This document shows, in pieces, positions 43,566 to 52,174 of a DNA stretch of 54,801 nucleotides. Below the pieces are notes generated by a model. The model saw only the letters and a program-made list of their open reading frames with translations. It made no database searches and was not told the origin of the DNA. The position numbers and the translations under genes are program-made. Numbering within the stretch: position 1 is the stretch's first letter; each line of letters starts with the position of its first letter. Source of the stretch: Candidatus Amesbacteria bacterium GW2011_GWA1_47_20 (lineage in GTDB: Bacteria; Patescibacteriota; Microgenomatia; CAZETR01; Amesbacteraceae). Location: contig LCOA01000002.1 of assembly GCA_001002405.1 (NCBI GenBank), forward strand, positions 1 to 54,801. Direction: 5' to 3'.

Positions 43566-45712
43566 TTTCCAGAGGGATTGTGAATAAGGCGGAATACTTT
43601 TACTCCCCAGGGAAATTCCCATTGGCGGTCAATTTTGGCCCAGCCAAAAGCGGCCACCTCCCACAAAGGATTATTTATGGGCTCGCACACCGGATCTTCG
43701 CAAATAACAAACAGCTGATCTGCCAATTTTTGGTGAATGGTGAAATACGGGGTGCCATAAATATCTAAGAAATACCGGTAGCCCAGGTCGTAATTCGTTT
43801 TGGCCAGAAGGGCCAGGTTGAATGGCCGGGCGGCTGATTGATCGGTCACAAATCTGGCAATTTCCCGGGTGTGAGCCAGCTGATTGTTGGGCGGGTAGCG
43901 CAAGGGAGAATTCAGCAAGGCAGCCGCGATTAGCACTATCAGCACAATAGCCCCGGTTTTTTTAAATTTTTCTACAACAAAGCCCAAAAGTAAAAACGGA
44001 GCCGGAAACAAAAATCCATAGTAATGATCATAGATATGCTGCTTATACAGACCTAGCCCAATTAAACCTACCCCCATCCAGACGGTAGTGAACCAAAAAT
44101 CTTTGGAAGGGCGGTGTTTAATTAAATAAATTAATCCGCCGATCAATAAAATTCCCATGGCTACACCCAACGGCTTGGACTTGGCAGCAAGAAGAGAGGT
44201 GTTGATATCTACCCACAGCGGCCAAAGATTGGGTAAGGCTTTGTAGGCTTTGAGATTAACTGTGGTCTGTCGATCGGCGAAGAAGGTGGTGATGGCCCGG
44301 GCATTGATCCAGCCGTGACGCATGTCAAACCAGAGAAGAGGAGACATGAGCACTGCAAAAACCAAGACAGCGTAGAGCGTATAGCGTTTAGCGTCTAGAG
44401 GTTTACGCGCCAGGAACCAGAAAAGACCCACGACGGGGAAAAGGAGTAGGCCTAAGTAATGAGAGTTGAGAACGAAGGCCAAAGAGGCTGCGGAAATGAC
44501 TAGCCAGCGCCAGTAGCCTAAACGCCAGACTTTCCAAATGCCGTACATGGATAGAAGCGCAAAAAAGGGCATAATATTGGGATTCCAAGACGAACGAGAA
44601 TAGGTGATAACTGTGGGAGATAGAGAGTAGAGAGTAGAAATTAGGAGGGCCGGAACGCGGCCAAACCATTGGCGGCCGATCCACCACAAAAGGGCCACGG
44701 TGGCCACACCGAACACAGCCACCATAATTGCCGGGCCCACTGGCGAGAATTGAGATAAAGATAGAGGAATAAGAAGTAAGTAATAATATAAGGGACCAAG
44801 ATACATATTGCCGATGGATGTGCCCGGACCAATAAGGGTGAATTTGCGGCCCAAAAGCATATCCCGGACGACGGCCACATCCCGACCTTCATCGCCTAAG
44901 AAAGTCATATACTGATCGATTTTGTTCAGCCGGACAAAAACCGCTAACGCCAAAACCGCCACTATGGCCAAAGCTTCCCAACGGAAAATTGCCCGACCTT
45001 GTTCGACTAATATCTCCTGTTTTAATTGCCACCAATATATAGCCAGTTCGCGCCAGGCTTTAATCCAAACTTTGGGATTACCACCCGTGGCTGTCCCGGC
45101 GGTTCTGGGCAAATGAGTCACGGGCATTTCGGCAATCTTCATGCCCCGGGCTCGTATCCCCGCCAACAATTGAGTATCAATCATCGCCCCGTCGGAAGGA
45201 ATACTCACCCGGCGCAAAACGTCCCGCTTGAATACTTTGAATCCGCAATCAATATCGGAGGCCAGGTATCCGAACAGGGCCCGGATGCCCGTGTTCCATA
45301 ACCAGCGGACAAATTTACGATGCAAGGGATCGCTATCGTTGGCTCTGATTCCAGAAACCATGTCTGCCTTTTCGGTTTCCATCTTTCTTAAAAGATCCGA
45401 AACTTCGGAAATATCAAACTGATTGTCCGCGTGAGTCATGACAATTAATTCCTTGGTGGCGGCTTTGAATCCGGCTTTGAGGGAGCCACCGTAGCCGCGA
45501 TTGGGGCGGTTGGTGACGATTTTCAAATTGGGGATTTTTTTGACAAAGCTTCTGGCTATCTCACCAGTTCTGTCCGATGATCCGTCATCGACCAAAATTA
45601 TTTCGGCGTCTAATTTAAGTTTTTTGGTGACGGCGGATACCGAAGTCAGGCATTTGGCGACATTCTCTTGTTCATTGTAGGCGGGAATAACTATCGAGAC
45701 GCCTTTTGACAT
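43562..45712 (-). CDS. Fusion protein: N-terminal DPM1-like polyprenyl-phosphate glycosyltransferase (GT2) plus C-terminal GT-C-like membrane domain
   Basis: N-terminal part: VSIVIPAYNEQENV, ILVDDGSSDRT, THADNQFDISE and DIDCGFKVFKR. From about residue 250: FLGDEGRDVAVVRDMLLGRKFTLIGPGTSIGNMYLGPLYYYLLLIP plus about 12 TM segments. Operon head. Confidence 0.75.
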   Translation of the reverse strand: MSKGVSIVIPAYNEQENVAKCLTSVSAVTKKLKLDAEIILVDDGSSDRTGEIARSFVKKIPNLKIVTNRPNRGYGGSLKAGFKAATKELIVMTHADNQFDISEVSDLLRKMETEKADMVSGIRANDSDPLHRKFVRWLWNTGIRALFGYLASDIDCGFKVFKRDVLRRVSIPSDGAMIDTQLLAGIRARGMKIAEMPVTHLPRTAGTATGGNPKVWIKAWRELAIYWWQLKQEILVEQGRAIFRWEALAIVAVLALAVFVRLNKIDQYMTFLGDEGRDVAVVRDMLLGRKFTLIGPGTSIGNMYLGPLYYYLLLIPLSLSQFSPVGPAIMVAVFGVATVALLWWIGRQWFGRVPALLISTLYSLSPTVITYSRSSWNPNIMPFFALLSMYGIWKVWRLGYWRWLVISAASLAFVLNSHYLGLLLFPVVGLFWFLARKPLDAKRYTLYAVLVFAVLMSPLLWFDMRHGWINARAITTFFADRQTTVNLKAYKALPNLWPLWVDINTSLLAAKSKPLGVAMGILLIGGLIYLIKHRPSKDFWFTTVWMGVGLIGLGLYKQHIYDHYYGFLFPAPFLLLGFVVEKFKKTGAIVLIVLIAAALLNSPLRYPPNNQLAHTREIARFVTDQSAARPFNLALLAKTNYDLGYRYFLDIYGTPYFTIHQKLADQLFVICEDPVCEPINNPLWEVAAFGWAKIDRQWEFPWGVKVFRLIHNPSGK
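44617..44644. repeat. Heptanucleotide tract (GAGATAG AGAGTAG AGAGTAG AAATTAG) in the GT2-GT-C fusion gene
   Basis: Encodes LISTLYSLS. Resembles the tract plus TTAGGAG flank at 8913-8940. Confidence 0.8.
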
Positions 45713-45726
45713 GCTACAATTGTATC
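45713..45726. promoter_or_regulatory. 14-bp divergent intergenic region with palindromic overlapping -10 boxes
   Basis: GCTACAATTGTATC. Plus strand: TG-n-TACAAT (45715-45720), N6, ATG 45727. Minus strand: TACAAT (45724-45719), N6, ATG 45712. Confidence 0.5.
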
Positions 45727-46773
45727 ATGAAAATCAGCCGAGAATTGCTGATCTTGGCCACAGTTTCGGTAGTATCGACGTTGTCCTTGTGGATTCCGGT
45801 GGGAATGCAAAAGGTATATGAGAATTTTGATGGGCCGTACTATATCGTGATTGCCAAAAGCTGGTATGACAAAGTATTTATCCGCAACAATTTTTCCTTC
45901 CCCTTGCCTTTGGAATATTATCCGGCGCACTTCCCTTTGTATCCGGCTTTGATTTGGCTGTTTGGGGGAACGCCGACGGCGGCGGTAATAATAAACATAG
46001 TGGTATCGGCACTAACAGCTGTAGTAGTGTACAAAATATTTGCCGAATTCAAATGGGGAAATCCATTGATGGCCGGATTGGTGTGGCTGTTTGCCTGGCC
46101 GAGGATGTGGGTGACCAGATCAATTGTCAGCCCGGAAACACTATTTATCTTATTTGTAATGGTGGCGCTGTATGGATTTCATAAAAAATCATATTGGCTG
46201 GCGGCCATAACCGGGGCGCTGGCGGTGGTAACCAAAAGCCCGGGTATTTTGCTTTTTCCAGCTTTTCTCCTGGCGTCGAAAGGTGACAAAAAAATTTGGC
46301 CAACTCTGCTAATCCCAGCAGCGCTGATGGCAGTATTCGGGTTTTACTTCCTGCGCACCGGGGATTTTTGGGCATATTTTCATTCCGGAGATAATATTCA
46401 TTTACAAATTCTGCCATTTAGGGTTTTTGACAGCAACCAGGCATGGGTGGGACAGTGGTGGCTGGAGGATATTTTGTGGATTTACTTAATCGGGGGGATC
46501 GGGGTAGTTAGGGCTTTTAGAAAATCAGCTGTCTGGGGGTGGTGGGGGGCGATATTTTACGCGGTGATTTTATTTGTATCCCACCGGGATATTGCCAGAT
46601 ATTCACTGCCATTGGTACCAGTAGTTATTTTAGGCTTGGCAGATGTTTTAGAGAAGAAAGAGGTCAGATGGGTACTGCTGCTACTAATTATCCCTGTGTA
46701 TTTCTACAGTCTCAATTTCCTGGCTCACAACACGGCTGCTATTTCGGATTGGACGCCTTTTTTCTCCAAATGA
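45727..46773 (+). CDS. PIG-V/Gpi18-like membrane mannosyltransferase-like protein
   Basis: ENFDGPYYIVIAKSWYD...YYPAHFPLYPALI resembles the FDGxHY...FFPLYP signature of the partial gene at 1-623. Polytopic. ATG 45727 lies 6 nt after TACAAT; the track start 45706 is TTG. Confidence 0.5.
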   Translation: MKISRELLILATVSVVSTLSLWIPVGMQKVYENFDGPYYIVIAKSWYDKVFIRNNFSFPLPLEYYPAHFPLYPALIWLFGGTPTAAVIINIVVSALTAVVVYKIFAEFKWGNPLMAGLVWLFAWPRMWVTRSIVSPETLFILFVMVALYGFHKKSYWLAAITGALAVVTKSPGILLFPAFLLASKGDKKIWPTLLIPAALMAVFGFYFLRTGDFWAYFHSGDNIHLQILPFRVFDSNQAWVGQWWLEDILWIYLIGGIGVVRAFRKSAVWGWWGAIFYAVILFVSHRDIARYSLPLVPVVILGLADVLEKKEVRWVLLLLIIPVYFYSLNFLAHNTAAISDWTPFFSK

Positions 46774-47872
46774 CGAGGGTGTACATGAGGTAGTTGTAAG
46801 GCATAACTAAAAATCCGATTGTCAGGGGTAAAACGATCTGGCGGTATTGCGAACCAAGAAGATAATCTGTGGCTACTCCCACCCCTACTTGGATCAGCAA
46901 GCCCCCGGCCGAAGTAAGGTTGAATTGCAAAAACTTTGAGGCAATAGCCGCCAGACCATTGATCTGCTGATCCCTGAATGTCCAGAGATTGTTCCAGGTG
47001 AAATTGCTTAAGATAGCCAATTCAGTGGATAGACCCCAAGCCGCCCAGCCCGGCCAGCTTAACTTAGTAAATAGATACAAAGCGAAGGCATTGACTAAAT
47101 AGCCCAAGAAACCTACCAGGCCGAATTTGATAATTTTTTGCTTGTCTTTGATGCCCAAAATAATTGCCACCTTAAAGGTGGAAATCATTTCCTTGGGGTT
47201 AAATTTAGATTTTTCTTTGGCCCGAGAGGCGAATTCTAAAGGGACCTCGACGACCTTTTTAGCATTTTTAATACTTTGATAAAGCAAGTCTACTTTGTAA
47301 GCAAATCTAGTAGGCTCCATCAGGTGTTCCAGATCAATCTGGTCCAGAACTCCCTTAACCCGGGTAAGTCTGAAACCGGTAGTCAGATCGTGAATTTGTG
47401 GTTTGAGAAGGACCATCCGGATAAAGAGGTTCCCCAAGAAACTCACCGCTTTGCGGCTAAATTCCCATTCTTTGGGGATGGAACCACCCCTAATATACCG
47501 GCTGCCAATCACATAATCGGCTCCGTTTAAGAACGCGGCCACCATATCTTTGACGAATCTGGGTGGATGTTGAAAATCAGCATCCATTTCCATAACCGCA
47601 TCAGCACCAAGTTTGTTAACTGCATACTGCATGCCCCGGATATAGGCCCAGCCCAAGCCCTCTTTGGGTTTTTGCAGCAGGTGCAGATTTTTATATTCGG
47701 CCTGATATTTTTTAACGATGTTCCCCGTGCCATCCGGAGAAAAATCATCGACGACCAGAAGATGCATCTCGGTATTCTTGATTTGGGGAAATTCTTTGCC
47801 AAACAGCTCTTCAATCATCAGGCCGATATTCTCCGCTTCATTGTACGCGGGCATAATAATTACGACTTTCAT
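46739..47872 (-). CDS. Polyprenol/dolichol-phosphate mannosyltransferase-like GT2 fused to a C-terminal GtrA-like membrane domain
   Basis: [27 protein letters not shown] and [11 protein letters not shown], then [20 protein letters not shown]...[10 protein letters not shown] (GtrA-like, 4 TM). Confidence 0.8.
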   Translation of the reverse strand: MKVVIIMPAYNEAENIGLMIEELFGKEFPQIKNTEMHLLVVDDFSPDGTGNIVKKYQAEYKNLHLLQKPKEGLGWAYIRGMQYAVNKLGADAVMEMDADFQHPPRFVKDMVAAFLNGADYVIGSRYIRGGSIPKEWEFSRKAVSFLGNLFIRMVLLKPQIHDLTTGFRLTRVKGVLDQIDLEHLMEPTRFAYKVDLLYQSIKNAKKVVEVPLEFASRAKEKSKFNPKEMISTFKVAIILGIKDKQKIIKFGLVGFLGYLVNAFALYLFTKLSWPGWAAWGLSTELAILSNFTWNNLWTFRDQQINGLAAIASKFLQFNLTSAGGLLIQVGVGVATDYLLGSQYRQIVLPLTIGFLVMPYNYLMYTLVIWRKKASNPK

Positions 47873-47889
47873 ATATAATTGAGTATATC
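47873..47889. promoter_or_regulatory. 17-bp divergent intergenic region with two back-to-back -10-like boxes
   Basis: Plus strand: TATAAT (47874-47879), N10, ATG 47890 (trmD). Minus strand: TATACT (47887-47882), N9, ATG 47872. Confidence 0.35.
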
Positions 47890-48522
47890 ATGCTAAAAGT
47901 TGATATTTTGACGCTATTCCCAGAAATGTTTACAGGGCCATTTGATCATTCAATTGTTCGGCGGGCGACTGATAAGTCGCTAGTGGAAATAAAAATCCAC
48001 AACTTGAGGGATTGGGCGACAGATAAATATAAATCGGTAGATGATAAACCGTATGGGGGAGGACCGGGAATGGTCATACGCGTTGACGTCGTCAACGCAG
48101 CGGTCACAGCCCTCAGGTCTCAACGCACAAAAGTTATTTTGTTAGACGCCGGAGGAAAGAAATTTAACCAGAAAAAAGCAGCTGATTTATCACATGATGA
48201 GCACTTGATATTGATTTGCGGACACTATGAAGGCGTGGACCATAGAGTGCATGAACATATTGCAGATGAAGTAATTTCCATTGGTGACTATGTGTTATCC
48301 GGCGGGGAGGTTCCGGCGATGGTGGTGGTAGATACAATTGTGCGGTTGTTACCTGGGGCGTTGGGAAATGAGCAATCTTTGATTGAAGAATCACATAATG
48401 CGGGAGAAGCCGAATACCCTCAATATACCCGCCCCGAAGAATACAACGGCTGGAAGGTTCCTGAAATTCTTCTCTCTGGTGATCACGCCAAAATTAAGAA
48501 GTGGCGATCCCCTGCTCAATAA
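47890..48522 (+). CDS. trmD: tRNA (guanine37-N1)-methyltransferase
   Basis: [35 protein letters not shown] and [12 protein letters not shown]. Short C-terminal tail (210 aa). Confidence 0.9.
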   Translation: MLKVDILTLFPEMFTGPFDHSIVRRATDKSLVEIKIHNLRDWATDKYKSVDDKPYGGGPGMVIRVDVVNAAVTALRSQRTKVILLDAGGKKFNQKKAADLSHDEHLILICGHYEGVDHRVHEHIADEVISIGDYVLSGGEVPAMVVVDTIVRLLPGALGNEQSLIEESHNAGEAEYPQYTRPEEYNGWKVPEILLSGDHAKIKKWRSPAQ

Positions 48523-49330
48523 GTTTATCTACTACTTGCTTCCAGGGTGAAAAATCAAAACTGGGTTTGAGTCCGCCAAATTTGGGGTAACGCTTGGGAT
48601 CAACCGACGACTTTTGCACGCCGGAAATATCTTTGCCTAATTTTTGCAAGAGATAGGTAATGATTTCATACGGGGTGGTCGTGTCCGGACAGCTCATGTG
48701 AAAGACGCCGGAGAGATTTTGATCAATGATTTTTTGCAGTGCCAGACAAGCCTCGTCAATATAGGTAAGAGAAATTTGCTGGTCGGTAAAAAGCGGATAA
48801 AGTTTGCCCTGATTAAACAGGTCTAGGGGTTTGCGCAGATAATCGAGCTTAGCTGGGTATTTGGCCCGGATGGGGGAGATAAGACGGACGACGGTTCCCC
48901 TGTCCCCCACAACTCTTTCTGCTTCGGCTTTGGAATAACCATACCAAGTTAGCAGTTGGCTGTTGGTCTCTGGCTGATGGTCTGCCGCGTAAGGACCGGG
49001 GTCGGCGGCAGATCCGGAAAAGACATAATTGGTGGAGATGTGAATTAAACGGGTATTAGCAAGAAGTGCAGCGACAAGATTTTTGGTTCCTTCCACATTT
49101 ATTTGCCAGCAGGGTCCGTTTTGGTCGCCACGTTGTTTTTCAGCTTCGGAGACGTTGGTGTAGGCGGCAAAGTTCAAAACAACATCCGGATTTTCCTTGG
49201 CCAGATATTCTCCGGGGTGAGCCAGGTCAAATTCACCCAGACCCGGAGTGAGAAGATCTTGGGGATGCGGGTACAGCTCTACAAATCTTGATCCCACTAG
49301 TCCGAAAGCTCCTGTAACTAGTGTTTTCAT
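48494..49330 (-). CDS. rmlD: dTDP-4-dehydrorhamnose reductase-like SDR
   Basis: [16 protein letters not shown] Rossmann motif, YGYSKAEAE (YxxxK), 278 aa, adjacent to rmlCBA. Confidence 0.7.
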   Translation of the reverse strand: MKTLVTGAFGLVGSRFVELYPHPQDLLTPGLGEFDLAHPGEYLAKENPDVVLNFAAYTNVSEAEKQRGDQNGPCWQINVEGTKNLVAALLANTRLIHISTNYVFSGSAADPGPYAADHQPETNSQLLTWYGYSKAEAERVVGDRGTVVRLISPIRAKYPAKLDYLRKPLDLFNQGKLYPLFTDQQISLTYIDEACLALQKIIDQNLSGVFHMSCPDTTTPYEIITYLLQKLGKDISGVQKSSVDPKRYPKFGGLKPSFDFSPWKQVVDKLIEQGIATS

Positions 49331-49331
49331 A

Positions 49332-49895
49332 CTACATTATATCTGGTTCGACGAAATCGAAGGGTAGCTGTTTTGGATCAATTCTATGTTCTTCGGTTTC
49401 AGAGTCAGCTTTGAATACTTGATCCGCAAAATAAACCAAGGTCACCGGAAAGTTGTTGGGATTTATGAAACCGTGAGCCACCCCATGGGGAATATACAAC
49501 GCCTTATCTGGTGACAGTACTACTTTGGTTTTTTGACCATATGTTTCTGACCCTTCCCTTAGATCCACTAGACCTACTAACAAAATGGAGTTGGTCGTCC
49601 AAATTTCATTTTGACTGGGATGGATATGCCAAAACCTTTTGCCTCCTGCGGCGATATATGACATGTTGGATTGACGGATCTTAAAATTAATACCAAATTC
49701 GATTAATGCTTGAAAATGGAAACTTTCTGATAATCTAAAGTTTTCCTTAAACCACCCGCCCAAGTCGTCAGGGAAGACGTTGATTTTCATAAGCACTACG
49801 TCTTTCGGATGTGGTTCTTTACTGTAAGTCTGCTGAAGCAAATTAACCCCTTTTTCGGTTTTGATTTCCTTGACTGTTTTTTTTATAAATCCCAT
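49332..49895 (-). CDS. rmlC: dTDP-4-dehydrorhamnose 3,5-epimerase-like cupin
   Basis: RFWHIHPSQNEIW...LYIPHGVAHGFIN cupin pattern. Located between rmlB and rmlD. Confidence 0.65.
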   Translation of the reverse strand: MGFIKKTVKEIKTEKGVNLLQQTYSKEPHPKDVVLMKINVFPDDLGGWFKENFRLSESFHFQALIEFGINFKIRQSNMSYIAAGGKRFWHIHPSQNEIWTTNSILLVGLVDLREGSETYGQKTKVVLSPDKALYIPHGVAHGFINPNNFPVTLVYFADQVFKADSETEEHRIDPKQLPFDFVEPDIM

Positions 49896-49896
49896 G

Positions 49897-50916
49897 TTAT
49901 TTTTTATATATTGATTCAGCGCGCGCTTTTAGTGGTCTCCACCACCATTTGTTTTGCTGATACCATTCTACGGTTTTGGTTAACCAGATGTCAAAATCAT
50001 GCGTGGATCTCCAACCCAACTGGCGGCGGATTTTTGAACTGTCGAGTGCGTAACGCCTATCGTGACCTGGCCGATCAGGAACGTAAGAAATTAACGATTC
50101 TGGCTTATCCATAATTTTTAGTATTGTCTTAACAATATCGATGTTGTATTTCTCACAATTAACACCGACTAGATAAGTCTCTCCGGGTTGACCTTTTCTC
50201 AACACGATATCGATCGCCGAGCAGTGGTCGTCAACATGTATCCAATCTCTCACATTTTTGCCATCTCCGTATACAGGAAGAGGCTGATTGTCCATAGCGT
50301 TGGTAATTAGCCTGGGAATAAGCTTTTCTGGATCCTGATATGGGCCGTAGTTATTTGAGGTATTAGTGATGGTTATAGGAAGCCCAAAAGTGTGTAAATA
50401 CATTCTGACCACGAAATCGGCGGCTGCTTTGGAGACAGAGTATGGGCTTCTCGGATCGTAGTGGGAATTTTCACTAAATTTGTCACTCGTAGTCAATTTC
50501 AGTGTCCCAAAAACTTCATCTGTGGAAACGTGATGGAATCGCTTCACGTGGTGTTTAACTGCCTGACGGCAGAGAACAGTAGTTCCGACAATGTTTGTTT
50601 TGACGAAGATGTCTGGATCAATAATGGATCTGTCGACGTGGGATTCAGCTGCGAAGTTCACAACGGCATCTATGCCCCCCATGATCTTGTCGACCAGCTT
50701 TTCGTCACAGATATCTCCTTTAACAAAGTTGTAATTTTTCTTCCCAACGATATCTTTTAACGATGATGGGTGGCCAGCATAGGTAAGTTTGTCGAGATTG
50801 ACAATGTAATCTTTGGGGTATTTGTTAAACCAATACTTAATGAAATTCGAGCCGATAAATCCCGCTCCACCGGTAACTAGCAATTTCATATCTTGATACC
50901 TCTTTTCCGAGCCCAA
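49897..50916 (-). CDS. rmlB: dTDP-glucose 4,6-dehydratase
   Basis: KLLVTGGAGFIGSNF, HVSTDEVFG, YSVSKAAADF and RPGHDRRYALD. Confidence 0.9.
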   Translation of the reverse strand: MGSEKRYQDMKLLVTGGAGFIGSNFIKYWFNKYPKDYIVNLDKLTYAGHPSSLKDIVGKKNYNFVKGDICDEKLVDKIMGGIDAVVNFAAESHVDRSIIDPDIFVKTNIVGTTVLCRQAVKHHVKRFHHVSTDEVFGTLKLTTSDKFSENSHYDPRSPYSVSKAAADFVVRMYLHTFGLPITITNTSNNYGPYQDPEKLIPRLITNAMDNQPLPVYGDGKNVRDWIHVDDHCSAIDIVLRKGQPGETYLVGVNCEKYNIDIVKTILKIMDKPESLISYVPDRPGHDRRYALDSSKIRRQLGWRSTHDFDIWLTKTVEWYQQNKWWWRPLKARAESIYKK

Positions 50917-51611
50917 TAGAGATTGGCTGCGAGCAGGCTGTCAAATGTGCCTACATCATGCCAATAACCTTTTAGTTCGTGCCACTGCATAGTGCCCTCT
51001 TTAATGTAAAAATTTTGAACATCAGTGATCTCCAGCTGGCCACGTTTAGAAGGCTTAAGTTTTTTTGCCACTGCAAAACAGCGGCTATCAAAAATATATA
51101 GACCCGTGGAAGCATATGGAGAGGGGGGTTTGACTGGTTTCTCTACAACGCCTATGATTTTCTTAGCTTTACTAAAGATTGGAACGCCGAAGCGCTGGGG
51201 GTCAGGTACTTTTTTAAGAAACATTACCGCCCCTCTTTTAAATGAGGCAGCTTCCCGAGAAATATCGGCGTCTGTGGTGTTGTCCCCGAGAATGAGAGTC
51301 AGCGTATCCCCATCGACAAAGTCTTCGGCTACTTTTAACCCATCGGCTATCCCGCCAACCGGATTTTCCTGGTAACCATATTCTAAGTGGTCGAGGCCTA
51401 GCTCTTTGCCATTTTTAAGTATCTGCACAAATTGTCCGGAGTGGGGTCCGGAGACAATAACCATAACATTCTTAATGCCGGCTTTAATCAAAGTTCGCAA
51501 AGGATAGAAAATCATCGGCTCATCGTAAATGGGGAGAAGGTGTTTGTTGGTGACGTAAGTTAGGGGTTGAAGCCTGGTAGCTAAACCGCCGGCGAGAACG
51601 ACACCTTTCAT
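50886..51611 (-). CDS. rmlA: Glucose-1-phosphate thymidylyl/nucleotidyl-transferase (short form)
   Basis: MKGVVLAGGLATRLQPLTYVTNKHLLPIYDEPMIFYPL. Confidence 0.8.
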   Translation of the reverse strand: MKGVVLAGGLATRLQPLTYVTNKHLLPIYDEPMIFYPLRTLIKAGIKNVMVIVSGPHSGQFVQILKNGKELGLDHLEYGYQENPVGGIADGLKVAEDFVDGDTLTLILGDNTTDADISREAASFKRGAVMFLKKVPDPQRFGVPIFSKAKKIIGVVEKPVKPPSPYASTGLYIFDSRCFAVAKKLKPSKRGQLEITDVQNFYIKEGTMQWHELKGYWHDVGTFDSLLAANLYWARKRGIKI

Positions 51612-52174
51612 AGCAGAAGAGATTGTAGCATAAATGTGGCGAGCTTTTGGTGGGTGGTGCCGGCTTGAGTGATGAGGCTTTGATACAGAGATATTTTTTC
51701 TACAGTTAATGGAGTGAATTGGGGAGATTCAAAATCTGATATGAGATCCATAAAGCGCTTGGTGGAAACAGGGTCGGTGCGTCTGAGCTGGGCTATGGTG
51801 ATGTGGGGCAAAAACTTACGGGGCTGGGGGGTGATTGATTCAAGATTTACGATTAATGATTTATGAAGATCATTCAACTCTTCTGATTTGGCTAGAGACA
51901 AATACAGGATGGTGGGCTCGTGGCGACTGTAGAGAGTTTCTACATACAACGGTTGAAGAGTAAATTGGTAAGCGCTTTGAGTGGCTTGAGTGAGGGCTTT
52001 TTTAACTAATGGAACTTCGTCATCAGGAATCTGGCCTAAGAAGTTGAGAGTCATATGAGGACGTTTCTCCCACACCAGAGGAGCTTTAAGTTTCTCGAGT
52101 TGGGGTTGAAGAGTCACGATTTCTGAAACGGTGGTGTCTGGCAGATCGATGGCGGTAAACAGGCGATGTTTCAC
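51608..52174 (-). CDS. thpR: RNA 2',3'-cyclic phosphodiesterase (2H family, LigT/ThpR)
   Basis: Two HxT/S motifs (HMTLNFLG and HITIAQL). GTG 52174 forms a GTGA overlap with the upstream stop. The track ORF to 52366 overlaps the neighbouring gene in another frame. Confidence 0.8.
   Translation of the reverse strand: MKHRLFTAIDLPDTTVSEIVTLQPQLEKLKAPLVWEKRPHMTLNFLGQIPDDEVPLVKKALTQATQSAYQFTLQPLYVETLYSRHEPTILYLSLAKSEELNDLHKSLIVNLESITPQPRKFLPHITIAQLRRTDPVSTKRFMDLISDFESPQFTPLTVEKISLYQSLITQAGTTHQKLATFMLQSLLL

Noticed and set aside
6013-44644. I considered whether the many short tandem repeats could be a degenerate CRISPR array or spacer-repeat structure.
   Set aside because: The units are 7-14 nt, contiguous with no spacers, only 2-5 copies, scattered, and all inside ORFs. 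No cas genes are present.
45706-45711. TTGACA at 45706-45711 as the -35 element for the plus-strand TACAAT box.
   Set aside because: It is only 3 nt from the -10 hexamer, so the spacing is impossible. The TG-extended -10 is the more likely determinant.
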